64,000 nucleotides of DNA, taken from a virus. The position numbers and the translations under genes are program-made. Location: IMG/VR virus record IMGVR_UViG_3300033149_006567, positions 1 through 64,000 of that record; one strand, given 5' to 3'. Positions 47,046-56,293 of the stretch are shown piece by piece (position 1 is the stretch's first letter; each line of letters begins with the position of its first letter). The notes beneath the pieces were generated by a model. The model searched no databases. It worked only from the letters and a program-made list of their open reading frames with translations, and was not told where the DNA came from.

Positions 47046-48089
47046 GTGAGCAAGATAGAGCAAATGAGAGTTAATTTTATGCAGCGAAATGCTCGGAAGA
47101 ATGGCCCAGCGACGTCTGCGCTAATAAATGACAGTATAGATGAGCTAGCCGTTGATTGGGCCAATTTGGAAGTTCAATGGAACGATTCTCTTTATCCCCT
47201 TTTGGATACCGTTCCCAGCGGAAGTGCCAGTGACGGGACTGACAAGGTTGATGCCTTTACAAATGGACTAGATGGAAGCACTCTCTATGTGGATTCAGAT
47301 ACGTCTTCTACGGGGACGGGGGCTACATACTACAATTCTTCTCGGAGCCGCCCGAATACGATAAGTGAACAGTTTGTTGCTCTTTACGATTATCTTGATG
47401 AGACCTGGGACGACATAAGGAGTGAGTTGGTTACAGCCGCAAATCCGTGGAGTGAGGCCGTTAAAGAACGGATTGGGATGAATATCTTTGACAGTTCTGA
47501 GACCAGCTCTGCCACCAGCTTAGATGGGAAAATTGACACCAATACGAATAACATCACTCAACTGGCCAAGGATATGTATGGATCTGGTGCAGCTCTTGGT
47601 GGCGATGGAGTCGCGGATTTAGCCACTGATGTTTCGACCAATCTGGATAATATTGAGACTTTTGTTGGAATGGCTGACGCAACGGATGCAACTCCGACAT
47701 ACTCTTCTAATAATTATGTGACCGACGGAGATAGCCTGGAGACGGCTATTGGGAAATTAGATACTACTGTAGCTGATGCCTTGGACGGCATTAGCACCAT
47801 GAATGGATTAACTGTAGCCTATGGTTCGGAGACCGTAGGTGATGATGACGAAGTCATTGTCGCAACGGGAGTCACAGGCTGGGGTTTTGCTCAGGCTGGC
47901 GACAACCAGGAATACGCCCAATTTACTTGGACTGCCGCTGGGGCTGTGACTCTGATAGTCAATACGGCAAATGTTAATAATGCCGATGTTGACGGCGATT
48001 TTTGCATATATGACAACGGGGCGGGAATTGCGATAAAGAACCGGCTCGGCGCAGATCTTATCGTCAGATATTCACTATTTTATTCATAA
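47046..48089 (+). CDS. Fibre/whisker-like virion protein
   Basis: SD AGGAGG with GTG start; fibre-type YSSNNYVTDGDSLETAIGKLD; C-terminal beta domain ending IKNRLG. Confidence 0.55.
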   Translation: MSKIEQMRVNFMQRNARKNGPATSALINDSIDELAVDWANLEVQWNDSLYPLLDTVPSGSASDGTDKVDAFTNGLDGSTLYVDSDTSSTGTGATYYNSSRSRPNTISEQFVALYDYLDETWDDIRSELVTAANPWSEAVKERIGMNIFDSSETSSATSLDGKIDTNTNNITQLAKDMYGSGAALGGDGVADLATDVSTNLDNIETFVGMADATDATPTYSSNNYVTDGDSLETAIGKLDTTVADALDGISTMNGLTVAYGSETVGDDDEVIVATGVTGWGFAQAGDNQEYAQFTWTAAGAVTLIVNTANVNNADVDGDFCIYDNGAGIAIKNRLGADLIVRYSLFYS

Positions 48090-48104
48090 TAAGGAGGCCC
48101 CTAG

Positions 48105-50093
48105 ATGCCACTAAAACTCCACAATAACGGAATTACGATACAAGATGATGGTGATTTAGATGATACTACTGTAGATGGAGATCTAACCATAACTGGAGAT
48201 GTAGAAGTCGGTAGTACAGGTACTCTAAAGGCTTTTACCGAAGAGATACATTTTGGTGGAGCTGACGGTTCAAAGTCTAATCGAATTTATTGCGACGAGA
48301 CAACTGATCAAACTAATATCGGGTTAAACAGTGATCTCGGAAGACAGCTAGTTATTTGTGATAGGGACGTAGTTGAGGATGATTTTGGCCATGCCGTTCC
48401 GACTAATCCTACCCTTTTTATTCAAAGTGCTTTAGACCCCGATACGAATAACACAAGGTGGGGTTCGTTTTCTCATACAGGCGATGCGGCTAATGCTGGA
48501 TATTTTGATTATGTCTTGGGGGCAGGAGTACATCGTTTTGGTGGAGCTGGAGTCCCAGGCGTTGCGACTGCTGTTAACGACGTGTTTGTCAATGGAGCTT
48601 TTGAAGTTGACGGAGCGGTCGACTTTGGTTCCACTCTCGATGTAGCGGGGGCGGTAAATATTGTTTCCATCCTTGATGTAACAGGAGCGGCATCTTTGGC
48701 TTCCACTTTTAGCGTTGGAGGTAATGCTGATTTTGAATCTGACGTAACGGTTTCTGGTCAATTAGATGTTGACGGAGCGGTCGACTTTGGGTCTGCCCTT
48801 GGCGTTGATGGAGCAGTTACTTTCAATTCTACTCTTGACGTAACTGGCGGCACGTCTACTTTTGGTAGTCCAGCCATTTATTTAAGAAGCGATGGGAAAA
48901 TAAGTACTGGCGGGGAAACAGCCCCTGATTGCGCAGCAGGCGGAATCACGCTTGACATAAATGCGAATGATGGGATATTTTTTTCTGCGAAGTCAAGTGA
49001 CATTGCCCATGCGTTAGCTAGTTATGGTGAGACAGATACGTTTTATTCTTTGAGAAAATATGATGGTGATGGCGGTGGGACCCGGATAAGAAGTTTTGCA
49101 GATGGAGATGAAGCACATCCTGTTGGATATTTTGTCGAAACATTTGTTGAAAATAACGCAGATACAGTTACAGGCAAAGCAGGTTACGGGTTACTCAATT
49201 TTTACGCTGCGCAACATGATGGAGCCGGTAATCTTGTGGATGTTGCAGATGCCGGGAATGCCTTTTCCATTAGATGTCGGAAAAATAATGCTTCGGAAAC
49301 TAAATTTTTGTTGAAAGGTAATGGCGATTTTTGGCATGCAGGAAGTGGGGTAATTGATGGAGGCTTAAGTACTGGCGGGGAAACAGCTCCTGATTGCGAG
49401 GATGGTGGGATCACACTTAACATGGGAGCCAATGACGGAATATTTTTGTCGGCAAAATCAAGTGACATTGCCCATGGACTTACAGCTTATGCGGAGACGG
49501 ATACGTTTTTTACCATGAACAAGAGAGATGCTGCGGGCGGGGGACTTTCTATGCGAAGCTTCACCGATGGAGGAGAAGGTGAAGCTATAGGTTGGAGTGT
49601 GTCGACTTTTATCAGGGATACGTTAGACACGACGACTTCTGTCGCCGGGTTGGGAGGGATTAATTTTTCTGTGTGTCAGCATGATGGTTCGAACAACAAG
49701 GTCACTTGTGCGGCAAACGGAAATCTTTTTACTGTTCGTAGATGGTATAATAGTGGGGGAGGAGCTGATTGGGAGGTAGCTTTTATAATTAAGGGTGACG
49801 GAGACATTTATTATGACGGAGCAGATCAGGGAGCTTTTGATGCAGAGCAAGATGCACTGGCTTGTCGAGACGCCGCATACACAATCGCCGGGGAGTTCGA
49901 TAAAGTTCTGGCGTATAACCGAGAGGAGCTGGAACGTATCGGTGTAATGCAGAATGGTTTCATTTCTAATCGCAAGATGACAAAACTCAATCTTTTTGGT
50001 TTAGCCGAGGTATATGCCGTAGTGGAAAAGCTTTGCGAAAAGTTTGGTTTGAGTTACGAAGACATTCGCAAGGAGATTCGCGGATTAAAATAG
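48105..50093 (+). CDS. Tail fibre protein with internal domain duplication
   Basis: (L/F)DVxGAVxF beta repeats; two copies of STGGETAPDC...SAKSSDIAH...ETDTF starting near 48901 and 49366; helical C-terminus. Confidence 0.65.
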   Translation: MPLKLHNNGITIQDDGDLDDTTVDGDLTITGDVEVGSTGTLKAFTEEIHFGGADGSKSNRIYCDETTDQTNIGLNSDLGRQLVICDRDVVEDDFGHAVPTNPTLFIQSALDPDTNNTRWGSFSHTGDAANAGYFDYVLGAGVHRFGGAGVPGVATAVNDVFVNGAFEVDGAVDFGSTLDVAGAVNIVSILDVTGAASLASTFSVGGNADFESDVTVSGQLDVDGAVDFGSALGVDGAVTFNSTLDVTGGTSTFGSPAIYLRSDGKISTGGETAPDCAAGGITLDINANDGIFFSAKSSDIAHALASYGETDTFYSLRKYDGDGGGTRIRSFADGDEAHPVGYFVETFVENNADTVTGKAGYGLLNFYAAQHDGAGNLVDVADAGNAFSIRCRKNNASETKFLLKGNGDFWHAGSGVIDGGLSTGGETAPDCEDGGITLNMGANDGIFLSAKSSDIAHGLTAYAETDTFFTMNKRDAAGGGLSMRSFTDGGEGEAIGWSVSTFIRDTLDTTTSVAGLGGINFSVCQHDGSNNKVTCAANGNLFTVRRWYNSGGGADWEVAFIIKGDGDIYYDGADQGAFDAEQDALACRDAAYTIAGEFDKVLAYNREELERIGVMQNGFISNRKMTKLNLFGLAEVYAVVEKLCEKFGLSYEDIRKEIRGLK

Positions 50094-50125
50094 GTATGTC
50101 CTGTATTTCCATTCTTTTTTTTCTC

Positions 50126-50154
50126 TTGCCTTGCCTTATTTTATCTGTTATAAT
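50126..50154 (+). promoter_or_regulatory. Sigma70/SigA-type promoter with extended -10 driving the actin/glycan operon
   Basis: TTGCCT (50126-50131), 17-bp spacer, TG-T-TATAAT (50146-50154), with a T-rich upstream tract. Confidence 0.7.
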
Positions 50155-50188
50155 CATTTTGGTTCTCAAATTTCGAGGGAAATTTTCT

Positions 50189-50620
50189 GTGGCCGATCGA
50201 CTAAGGTTAAATAAAGACGGTAAAGTAGTCAAAGATCATAATCTTCCTGGCTTTAAAAAGGGAGGGGCGTTTTCAGTTCCCTCTCTTTCTATTGACGAAA
50301 AGCAGTTGAAAAGGTTGGCCATTATTGTTGGGAAAACCATCGCCAGGGAACTACTTAAGCATCCGGAATTATTTAAGACTGAAGTGACTCTTAAACCAGC
50401 TTTATTGCCCGAAAGCGTTCAATATCCCCAGGTAACTTACGATGACATACGGACACCCGATGATTGGAGTAAGCTAGAGGACATAGTTGACGTGGGGGTG
50501 TCTACGGAGGGAATGGAAGGTTCTTTTGATGAAGCTTTTAAAGAGGAGCTGGTTAAGGATGAAGGCGTCGAGGGGGCCCGAGAAAAATTATCTAAGTTGA
50601 AAAGTAAGCAGGGAGTTTAG
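50189..50620 (+). CDS. Small protein upstream of the actin-like gene (putative partner)
   Basis: Start revised to GTG 50189 (GAGGGA at 50175-50180, downstream of the promoter); acidic C-terminal half ending in the basic helix AREKLSKLKSK. Confidence 0.6.
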   Translation: MADRLRLNKDGKVVKDHNLPGFKKGGAFSVPSLSIDEKQLKRLAIIVGKTIARELLKHPELFKTEVTLKPALLPESVQYPQVTYDDIRTPDDWSKLEDIVDVGVSTEGMEGSFDEAFKEELVKDEGVEGAREKLSKLKSKQGV

Positions 50621-50621
50621 A

Positions 50622-51617
50622 ATGTTAGGTTTAGATGTAGGGACGTCTTATGTTATTGGGGCCAGGGAAACTGACAAGGGGATAACTTATCGAGAGTTTC
50701 GGGACGCCTTTTTCAGGATTAAGCCCGCTACGCCCATAGCGGCCAAGATGATAGAGAAGGGTTTGAAAGGCACCAAATATTTTAAAGATTCGGATGGAAG
50801 TTTCGTTGTTATTGACAAGGAGGCTATTGTCAAGGCAGTTGAGAGGAACTCGTCGGCTCTAAGGCCTCTTGCTCGAGGGATTTTATCTCCCAAAGAGAGG
50901 GATGCTCGCAGGGTATTCAAGTTCCTTTTGGGCAAATTACTAGGCAAGCCGAAAGAAAAGAAGGAAAAGCTTGTTTATTCGATTCCTGCGGCTCCGGCAG
51001 ACGTATCCTCAGACGATTTCGATGTTGGATATCACTGCGATGCCATTGGGAACGATCTTAAGGAACTCGGTTTTGATCCCAGCCCCTTAAATGAGGCAGA
51101 GGCAATTTGTTATGCAGAATTAGAAGAGGATGATTATACGGGCGTTTCTATTTCGGCAGGCGCGGGAATGCAAAATGTTTGTGTCATGTCTTCTGGTGAG
51201 CCAGTATTAATATTTAGTCTAGCCAGGTCTGGAGATTATGTTGATCGTATGGCTGCGGCTTCTACAGCGGAACCGGATTCTGTTGTTCAAATGGAGAAGG
51301 AGGCTGGAGATTGGGAAGTGGGGAAGGAAAATGAGAATCGTATTTTGAGCGCTGTTTCCATATATTACGTCAGACTTATTAAATACGTAGTAGAAATGCT
51401 TTCGAAAAAGCTTAATTCAGCAGATGAACTTCCCAGGTTTCCTTCAGCGATACCAGTTGTTTTGTCTGGGGGAACTTCGCTAGCGAAGGGGTACGTAGAG
51501 GAGTTTAAAAAGCAGTTGGCCCCGGTTGATTTGCCGTTCGAAGTCAAGGAAGTTCGTCACGCTAAGGAGCCCCTTAGGGCTGTCGCAAAAGGCTGCTTAA
51601 TCGCCGCGTCTTTATAG
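50622..51617 (+). CDS. Actin-fold ATPase (MreB/FtsA superfamily, volactin-like)
   Basis: Phosphate-1 GLDVGT, connect-1 NEAEAICY, phosphate-2 SAGAGMQNV, adenosine VVLSGGTS, connect-2 AVAKGCLIAA. Confidence 0.85.
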   Translation: MLGLDVGTSYVIGARETDKGITYREFRDAFFRIKPATPIAAKMIEKGLKGTKYFKDSDGSFVVIDKEAIVKAVERNSSALRPLARGILSPKERDARRVFKFLLGKLLGKPKEKKEKLVYSIPAAPADVSSDDFDVGYHCDAIGNDLKELGFDPSPLNEAEAICYAELEEDDYTGVSISAGAGMQNVCVMSSGEPVLIFSLARSGDYVDRMAAASTAEPDSVVQMEKEAGDWEVGKENENRILSAVSIYYVRLIKYVVEMLSKKLNSADELPRFPSAIPVVLSGGTSLAKGYVEEFKKQLAPVDLPFEVKEVRHAKEPLRAVAKGCLIAASL

Positions 51618-51625
51618 GACCCCAG

Positions 51626-52732
51626 ATGGCTAAAAAACTTGCTTTAAATAAGAACGGGGTTGTTACTAAAAGAATTAATATGCCAGACCTTAAGGTTGTT
51701 CCAACGACTAAAGCTGGGCGCAGATTGGTTCGGTTGCATAAGTTGATAGTCGGAGAGTCTCCTAAGATATGTATTGTTCGAGGTGGAGGAATAGGCGACC
51801 TTTTGATGACTACTCCTGCTGCTAAATTTATCAAGAAGCAGTATCCTCATGTCCATCTGACTTATGCCGTTGACTTTCATTATTTAGACGGGGCTCTTCC
51901 TTCAGTTTTAGAGGGTAATCCTTATGTTGACAAGGTAGTCCACTGGAAGTCATATGACGAAGATGATTTTGATGCTGTTTTAAATCTTCAGTGTCCTTGT
52001 GTTGCTCACGAAAGACCAGGCGCGAAACCGATTAGCAGAATAGACCTTTTTGCTCGTCACCTGGGTATTTATGAGATGGAAGATAAGCGGCCCGTTTACG
52101 TCGGATCAGCGGAAGAGGACGCAGAAGTTGACGCTTGGTTAAATAGTCGGCTTCATTATGATAGTTCTCGTCATAAATTACTTGTTGTGAGTCCTTTTTC
52201 TTCTGCTGGTGGACGTAGTTTTCCGATTGAGAGGATGAAAGAGACTCTTAGGTATGTTAAACAGGTTCTTCCTGAGGTAAAGGTGGTTGTTTGCACTCAT
52301 GACTCAGATTTTCTCAAGGACACGTACTGGGATTCTGTTGCAGATGCTGTAGCTCATGAATTTAAAGTTCGAAAATTTGCTTCTCTTTTGAGTTTTTCTC
52401 GATTAGTTCTTTGTCAGGATTCAGCTGCTCTTCATCTTTGCGGGGCACTTGACATTTCTGTTTTGGCCCTTTTTGGTTCCACCGATCCTCGCGCCAGAGT
52501 AAATCATTACCCTAAGGCGGTCGGGTACTGTCCAGGTCTTAAGCTGCAGTGTTTTCCATGTTGGTATAATTACGGAAATTGTTCTCACAGTACTTGTTGG
52601 CGTTTGATAGAGCCGAAAGACGTGGCCGGTATTATGGTAAATATGTTGACTCAAAAACCAGTTGTGTCCGAGTTTCTATCCCTCGGAGAGAAAAAACCTC
52701 CGAGAAATCGCATTCGAACTGAAACCCTTTAG
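51626..52732 (+). CDS. GT9-family (heptosyltransferase-like) glycosyltransferase
   Basis: RGGGIGDLLMTTPA and DSAALHLCGAL...LFGST motifs; C-terminal Cys cluster CFPC...C...C. Confidence 0.85.
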   Translation: MAKKLALNKNGVVTKRINMPDLKVVPTTKAGRRLVRLHKLIVGESPKICIVRGGGIGDLLMTTPAAKFIKKQYPHVHLTYAVDFHYLDGALPSVLEGNPYVDKVVHWKSYDEDDFDAVLNLQCPCVAHERPGAKPISRIDLFARHLGIYEMEDKRPVYVGSAEEDAEVDAWLNSRLHYDSSRHKLLVVSPFSSAGGRSFPIERMKETLRYVKQVLPEVKVVVCTHDSDFLKDTYWDSVADAVAHEFKVRKFASLLSFSRLVLCQDSAALHLCGALDISVLALFGSTDPRARVNHYPKAVGYCPGLKLQCFPCWYNYGNCSHSTCWRLIEPKDVAGIMVNMLTQKPVVSEFLSLGEKKPPRNRIRTETL

Positions 52733-52745
52733 CCCGAGTCCCCAG

Positions 52746-54020
52746 ATGTCTAAAAAAATTAAGCTACTTGCTTGGTGCGATTTGGTTGCGCATACAGGTT
52801 TTTCAAATGTAGCAGAGCATGTCTTGAAGGCACTTTATTCTACCGGGTTATATGATATAGATGTTTTAGCCATCAATTATCACGGAGACTTTCTCGATAA
52901 AGAAAGATATCCTTATCAAATAGTTCCGGCTAAACTGAAGGACCCCAAGGATCCCTATGGAAAGGGCATGTTCGTTAGGTCTCTAGAGAATAAGGCCTAT
53001 GATGCTGTTTGGATAATAAATGACGTGTATGTGGTTGAACCTGTTTCTAGGGCCGTGACGCAGATGAAAGAGGCTTTTCAGAATAGAGGGAAGACGCCTC
53101 CCTGTATTTTCTATTACTTTCCAATAGATAGCAAGCTTTTGCCTGGATATTCGGGGATGATCAAGGTAGCTGATGTTCCTGTTGCTTATACTCAGTTTGC
53201 TTTGGATGAAACTCTGAAGACAGTCCCCTCTCTAAAGTCCAAGAATATCCCGATTATTTATCATGGAGTCGACACTTCTGTTTTCCGCCCCCTTTCGCTC
53301 GAGGAGCGCTCTAGATGGCGAAGAGATTATTTGAAAGTCGAAGATGACACTTTTGTTATTATTAACGTCAATAGAAACAGTGAGAGAAAACAGTTAACTA
53401 GAACTCTATTGGCTTTTGAGGAGTTTAGAAAACATGTTCCGAAGTCTAAGCTTTATGTGCATGCAGCCCCCAGAGATTCTGGCATTGATCTTTTTTCTGC
53501 TTGCAATGATCTAGGATTTGACATAAGGAGGGATGTCATATTTCCTGACCCAAGAAATTTTTCGCCATCTAAGGGGTATCCGGCTGAGGTGTTAAATCGG
53601 TTTTATAATGCAGCTGATTGCTTTCTGACGACTACCCTAGGCGAGGGATACGGGTTGTGCGCCCAAGAATCTCTCGCTGCTGAGATTCCCGTAGTTGTTC
53701 CCGATAATACCGTTCATCCTGAAATTTTTGGAGAAGATGGAGAACGAGCTCTAATATATGATTGCAAAGAACTTATTTGGGTAGACAACACTGCCTATCG
53801 CCCCCTGGGTCGAGTGGAAGACATAGTCGAGAAATTGCTCCAGGTTTATAACGAGCCCCTAGATGCCAAGCGATCTCGAGCTAAAAGAGGACGTGAATGG
53901 TGTGTTAAAAATGACTGGAAAGAGATAGGGGAGCAATGGATAAGTCTCTTTAATAGAGAGCTTTCTTCTAGAAAAGTTAAGGGGGAAGATACTTCTCGCA
54001 TTAAGGCTAGTTTGGTATGA
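52746..54020 (+). CDS. GT4-family glycosyltransferase
   Basis: Start revised to ATG 52746; TGFSNVA, IYHGVD, NVNRNSERK and EGYGL motifs. Confidence 0.85.
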   Translation: MSKKIKLLAWCDLVAHTGFSNVAEHVLKALYSTGLYDIDVLAINYHGDFLDKERYPYQIVPAKLKDPKDPYGKGMFVRSLENKAYDAVWIINDVYVVEPVSRAVTQMKEAFQNRGKTPPCIFYYFPIDSKLLPGYSGMIKVADVPVAYTQFALDETLKTVPSLKSKNIPIIYHGVDTSVFRPLSLEERSRWRRDYLKVEDDTFVIINVNRNSERKQLTRTLLAFEEFRKHVPKSKLYVHAAPRDSGIDLFSACNDLGFDIRRDVIFPDPRNFSPSKGYPAEVLNRFYNAADCFLTTTLGEGYGLCAQESLAAEIPVVVPDNTVHPEIFGEDGERALIYDCKELIWVDNTAYRPLGRVEDIVEKLLQVYNEPLDAKRSRAKRGREWCVKNDWKEIGEQWISLFNRELSSRKVKGEDTSRIKASLV

Positions 54021-54027
54021 GGAAAAA

Positions 54028-56292
54028 ATGTCTCTAAAGATTAGATGGGTAGGTCCTTACTCGGATCCTTGTTATGATGATCAGACTGAGGTGTTAACTT
54101 CTAGCGGTTGGAAATTTTTCAAAGATATTTCTTTCGAAGATGGTCTTGCCACTCTGAATGAATGGCATATCATAGAATACCAAAAGCCTTCTCATATAAT
54201 AAACAGAGAGTATGAGGGCGAAATGTATTACCTGGACGCTCCAAGGGCTAAAATAAATATTTGTGTGACTCCTAATCATTCTATGTACGTGACTACGGAA
54301 AGCGGTAGGCGTTCAGGGCGAGCGAATGCGTGGCGTCTCGAAGAGGCGAGGGATATATATGGGAAAACGCGAGCTTTTAAAAGAGATGGTCGGTGGCGAA
54401 AAAAGGGGAAGGAGCATTTTCGGATATGTGGAAGAAAGATAAAGGCGGAGCATTGGCTGGAGTTTTTGGGATATTATCTTAGCGAAGGATCTGCAACTAT
54501 TTACAAAAGGCCTGCTGGTGTTACAAAAGGGGGCAGGCATCCGGTATATAGGGATCGTTACGTGAATAGGACTTACGAGCGTTCTGAGTCAACAGAGTAC
54601 ATATTGCAAATCAGGCAGGTTAAAGGCGAGGAGAATCGGGTTCGAATGGCAGAGGCGGTTCGGCGAGTGACGAATAATTCGGTAAATACTCGAAACAAAG
54701 ACGGGCGAATACTGGTGCACGACAAAGATCTGGTGCTTTATTTGAAGCGATTTGGAAATTGCTGTACCAAGTATATACCGAGAGACGTGTTAAACAAATG
54801 CTCTAAGGAACAGCTGGAGGTACTTTTCGAAGCTCTTGTTTTGGGAGGCGGAACAGACAACAGAAAGAAAGGTGGCGGGGTTATTTACAAGACCTTTTCC
54901 AAACGCCTTCGGGACGATTTTCTGGAGCTATTGCTTAAAGTCGGATTTTCTGGGCACTATAAGCGTGAGATCGTGAAGGGCGAAGAGATAAGAATAAACG
55001 GCAGAGTTTGCCATGCGAAAGAGGATGGCTGGAAAATAGGGGTACGATTTAAAAACCGCGGTTTTTTGAAAAAATCATCTCAATGTTCGGTCCCGAGTAA
55101 ACATGAAGAAAAGATAGTCCCCTATAAGGGGCGAATTTATTGCGCTACGGTCCCTAACCATGTGCTTTTTGTAAGGCGAAATGGCTGCGTTTTATGGTGT
55201 GGGAACTCGGGCTACGGTAGTAACTCGAGAAAGTTCGTGCATGCCCTATATAAGTTGCAAAAAAAATACGACTTTCGTCTTGGAACTATGCCGGTTTCTT
55301 TCGAAAAACAAAGGGCGGATTATGGAGAGGCCGGAAGAATTTGTAAACGCCTGGAGGAGCATGCACTTCAAGAGGACATCCGGATAATTAACACTACTCC
55401 AGAGTTTTATGATCGTTTGAAAAGGCCCGGAGTGTTAAATGCTGCTTATGTTACATTCGAACTAGATGGTATTCCCGATTTATGGGTCAGAGAGCTTAAC
55501 AAGATGGACGCGGTATTTACTACGGCGGAGTTTTGTGCGGAAGTGTTTAGGAAGAGTGGGGTAAAAACGCCAGTATTTTCTGTCCCCCCGGGCTTGTTTC
55601 CCGAAGATTATCGGAGAGTGGAACCGTTGTCCTCCCTAGATGTCCCCGAAGATGTCTTTTCTTTTTATTCTATCTTTCAGTGGACTCCTCGCAAAAATCC
55701 CCAGGCTTTACTTCATGCGTATTGGTCGGAATTCACTGGACAAGATGATGTTTGTCTGGTTCTGAAGACTTACAAGAATGATACGTCTCCTCAGCAAGTT
55801 GATATGCTCAGGAGAATTATTGCTCAGGAAAAACGGGGTTTTCGGCTTGATCATCACCCCAAGATATTCTTTATCTCTCAATTGTTGAGTGCTAGTCAAT
55901 TAGAAGATTTACATTTGTCTTGTGACGCCTTTGTCTCGACTACGGCAGGGGAAGGAAATTTTATCCCCGCTTTTAACGCCATGGCATATGCTAAGCCAGT
56001 AATAGTTACGGGGTGGTCTGGGCATACAGAATATTGTCGACCCGAATATAATTATTTGTCTAAATACCAATTGAGGCCAGCTCACTCGATGAGTTGGTGT
56101 GCCTGGAATGAGGCTCGATTTAATTGGGCCGATGTTAATATACTTCATTTTCGAAAATTGATGCGAGAGGTTTATGAAAATCGAGCCCAGGCGAAGAAGA
56201 AAGCTGAGAAAGGACAGCGATTTTTATTTAAGGAGTTTTCTTGGGAAAAAATGATTAAAAGACTCGTAGATGGTATTGAGGAGGTTTTGTGA
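54028..56292 (+). CDS. GT4-family glycosyltransferase interrupted by an intein
   Basis: Exteins join as GPYSDP|SGYG; FYSIFQWTPRKN and GEGNFIPAFNAM..KPVIVTGWSG motifs. Confidence 0.85.
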   Translation: MSLKIRWVGPYSDPCYDDQTEVLTSSGWKFFKDISFEDGLATLNEWHIIEYQKPSHIINREYEGEMYYLDAPRAKINICVTPNHSMYVTTESGRRSGRANAWRLEEARDIYGKTRAFKRDGRWRKKGKEHFRICGRKIKAEHWLEFLGYYLSEGSATIYKRPAGVTKGGRHPVYRDRYVNRTYERSESTEYILQIRQVKGEENRVRMAEAVRRVTNNSVNTRNKDGRILVHDKDLVLYLKRFGNCCTKYIPRDVLNKCSKEQLEVLFEALVLGGGTDNRKKGGGVIYKTFSKRLRDDFLELLLKVGFSGHYKREIVKGEEIRINGRVCHAKEDGWKIGVRFKNRGFLKKSSQCSVPSKHEEKIVPYKGRIYCATVPNHVLFVRRNGCVLWCGNSGYGSNSRKFVHALYKLQKKYDFRLGTMPVSFEKQRADYGEAGRICKRLEEHALQEDIRIINTTPEFYDRLKRPGVLNAAYVTFELDGIPDLWVRELNKMDAVFTTAEFCAEVFRKSGVKTPVFSVPPGLFPEDYRRVEPLSSLDVPEDVFSFYSIFQWTPRKNPQALLHAYWSEFTGQDDVCLVLKTYKNDTSPQQVDMLRRIIAQEKRGFRLDHHPKIFFISQLLSASQLEDLHLSCDAFVSTTAGEGNFIPAFNAMAYAKPVIVTGWSGHTEYCRPEYNYLSKYQLRPAHSMSWCAWNEARFNWADVNILHFRKLMREVYENRAQAKKKAEKGQRFLFKEFSWEKMIKRLVDGIEEVL
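54070..55206 (+). mobile_element. Intein (379 aa) with LAGLIDADG homing endonuclease domain
   Basis: Block A CYDDQTEVLT, block B VTPNHSMY, LAGLIDADG-like FLGYYLSEGS and LFEALVLGGG, block F IYCATVPNH, terminal GN followed by Ser(+1). Confidence 0.92.
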
Positions 56293-56293
56293 A

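Noticed and set aside
50033-50188. N-terminal membrane segment of ORF 50033..50620
   Set aside because: It is a translation of the T-rich promoter region and overlaps the previous gene; a better start with an SD exists at 50189.
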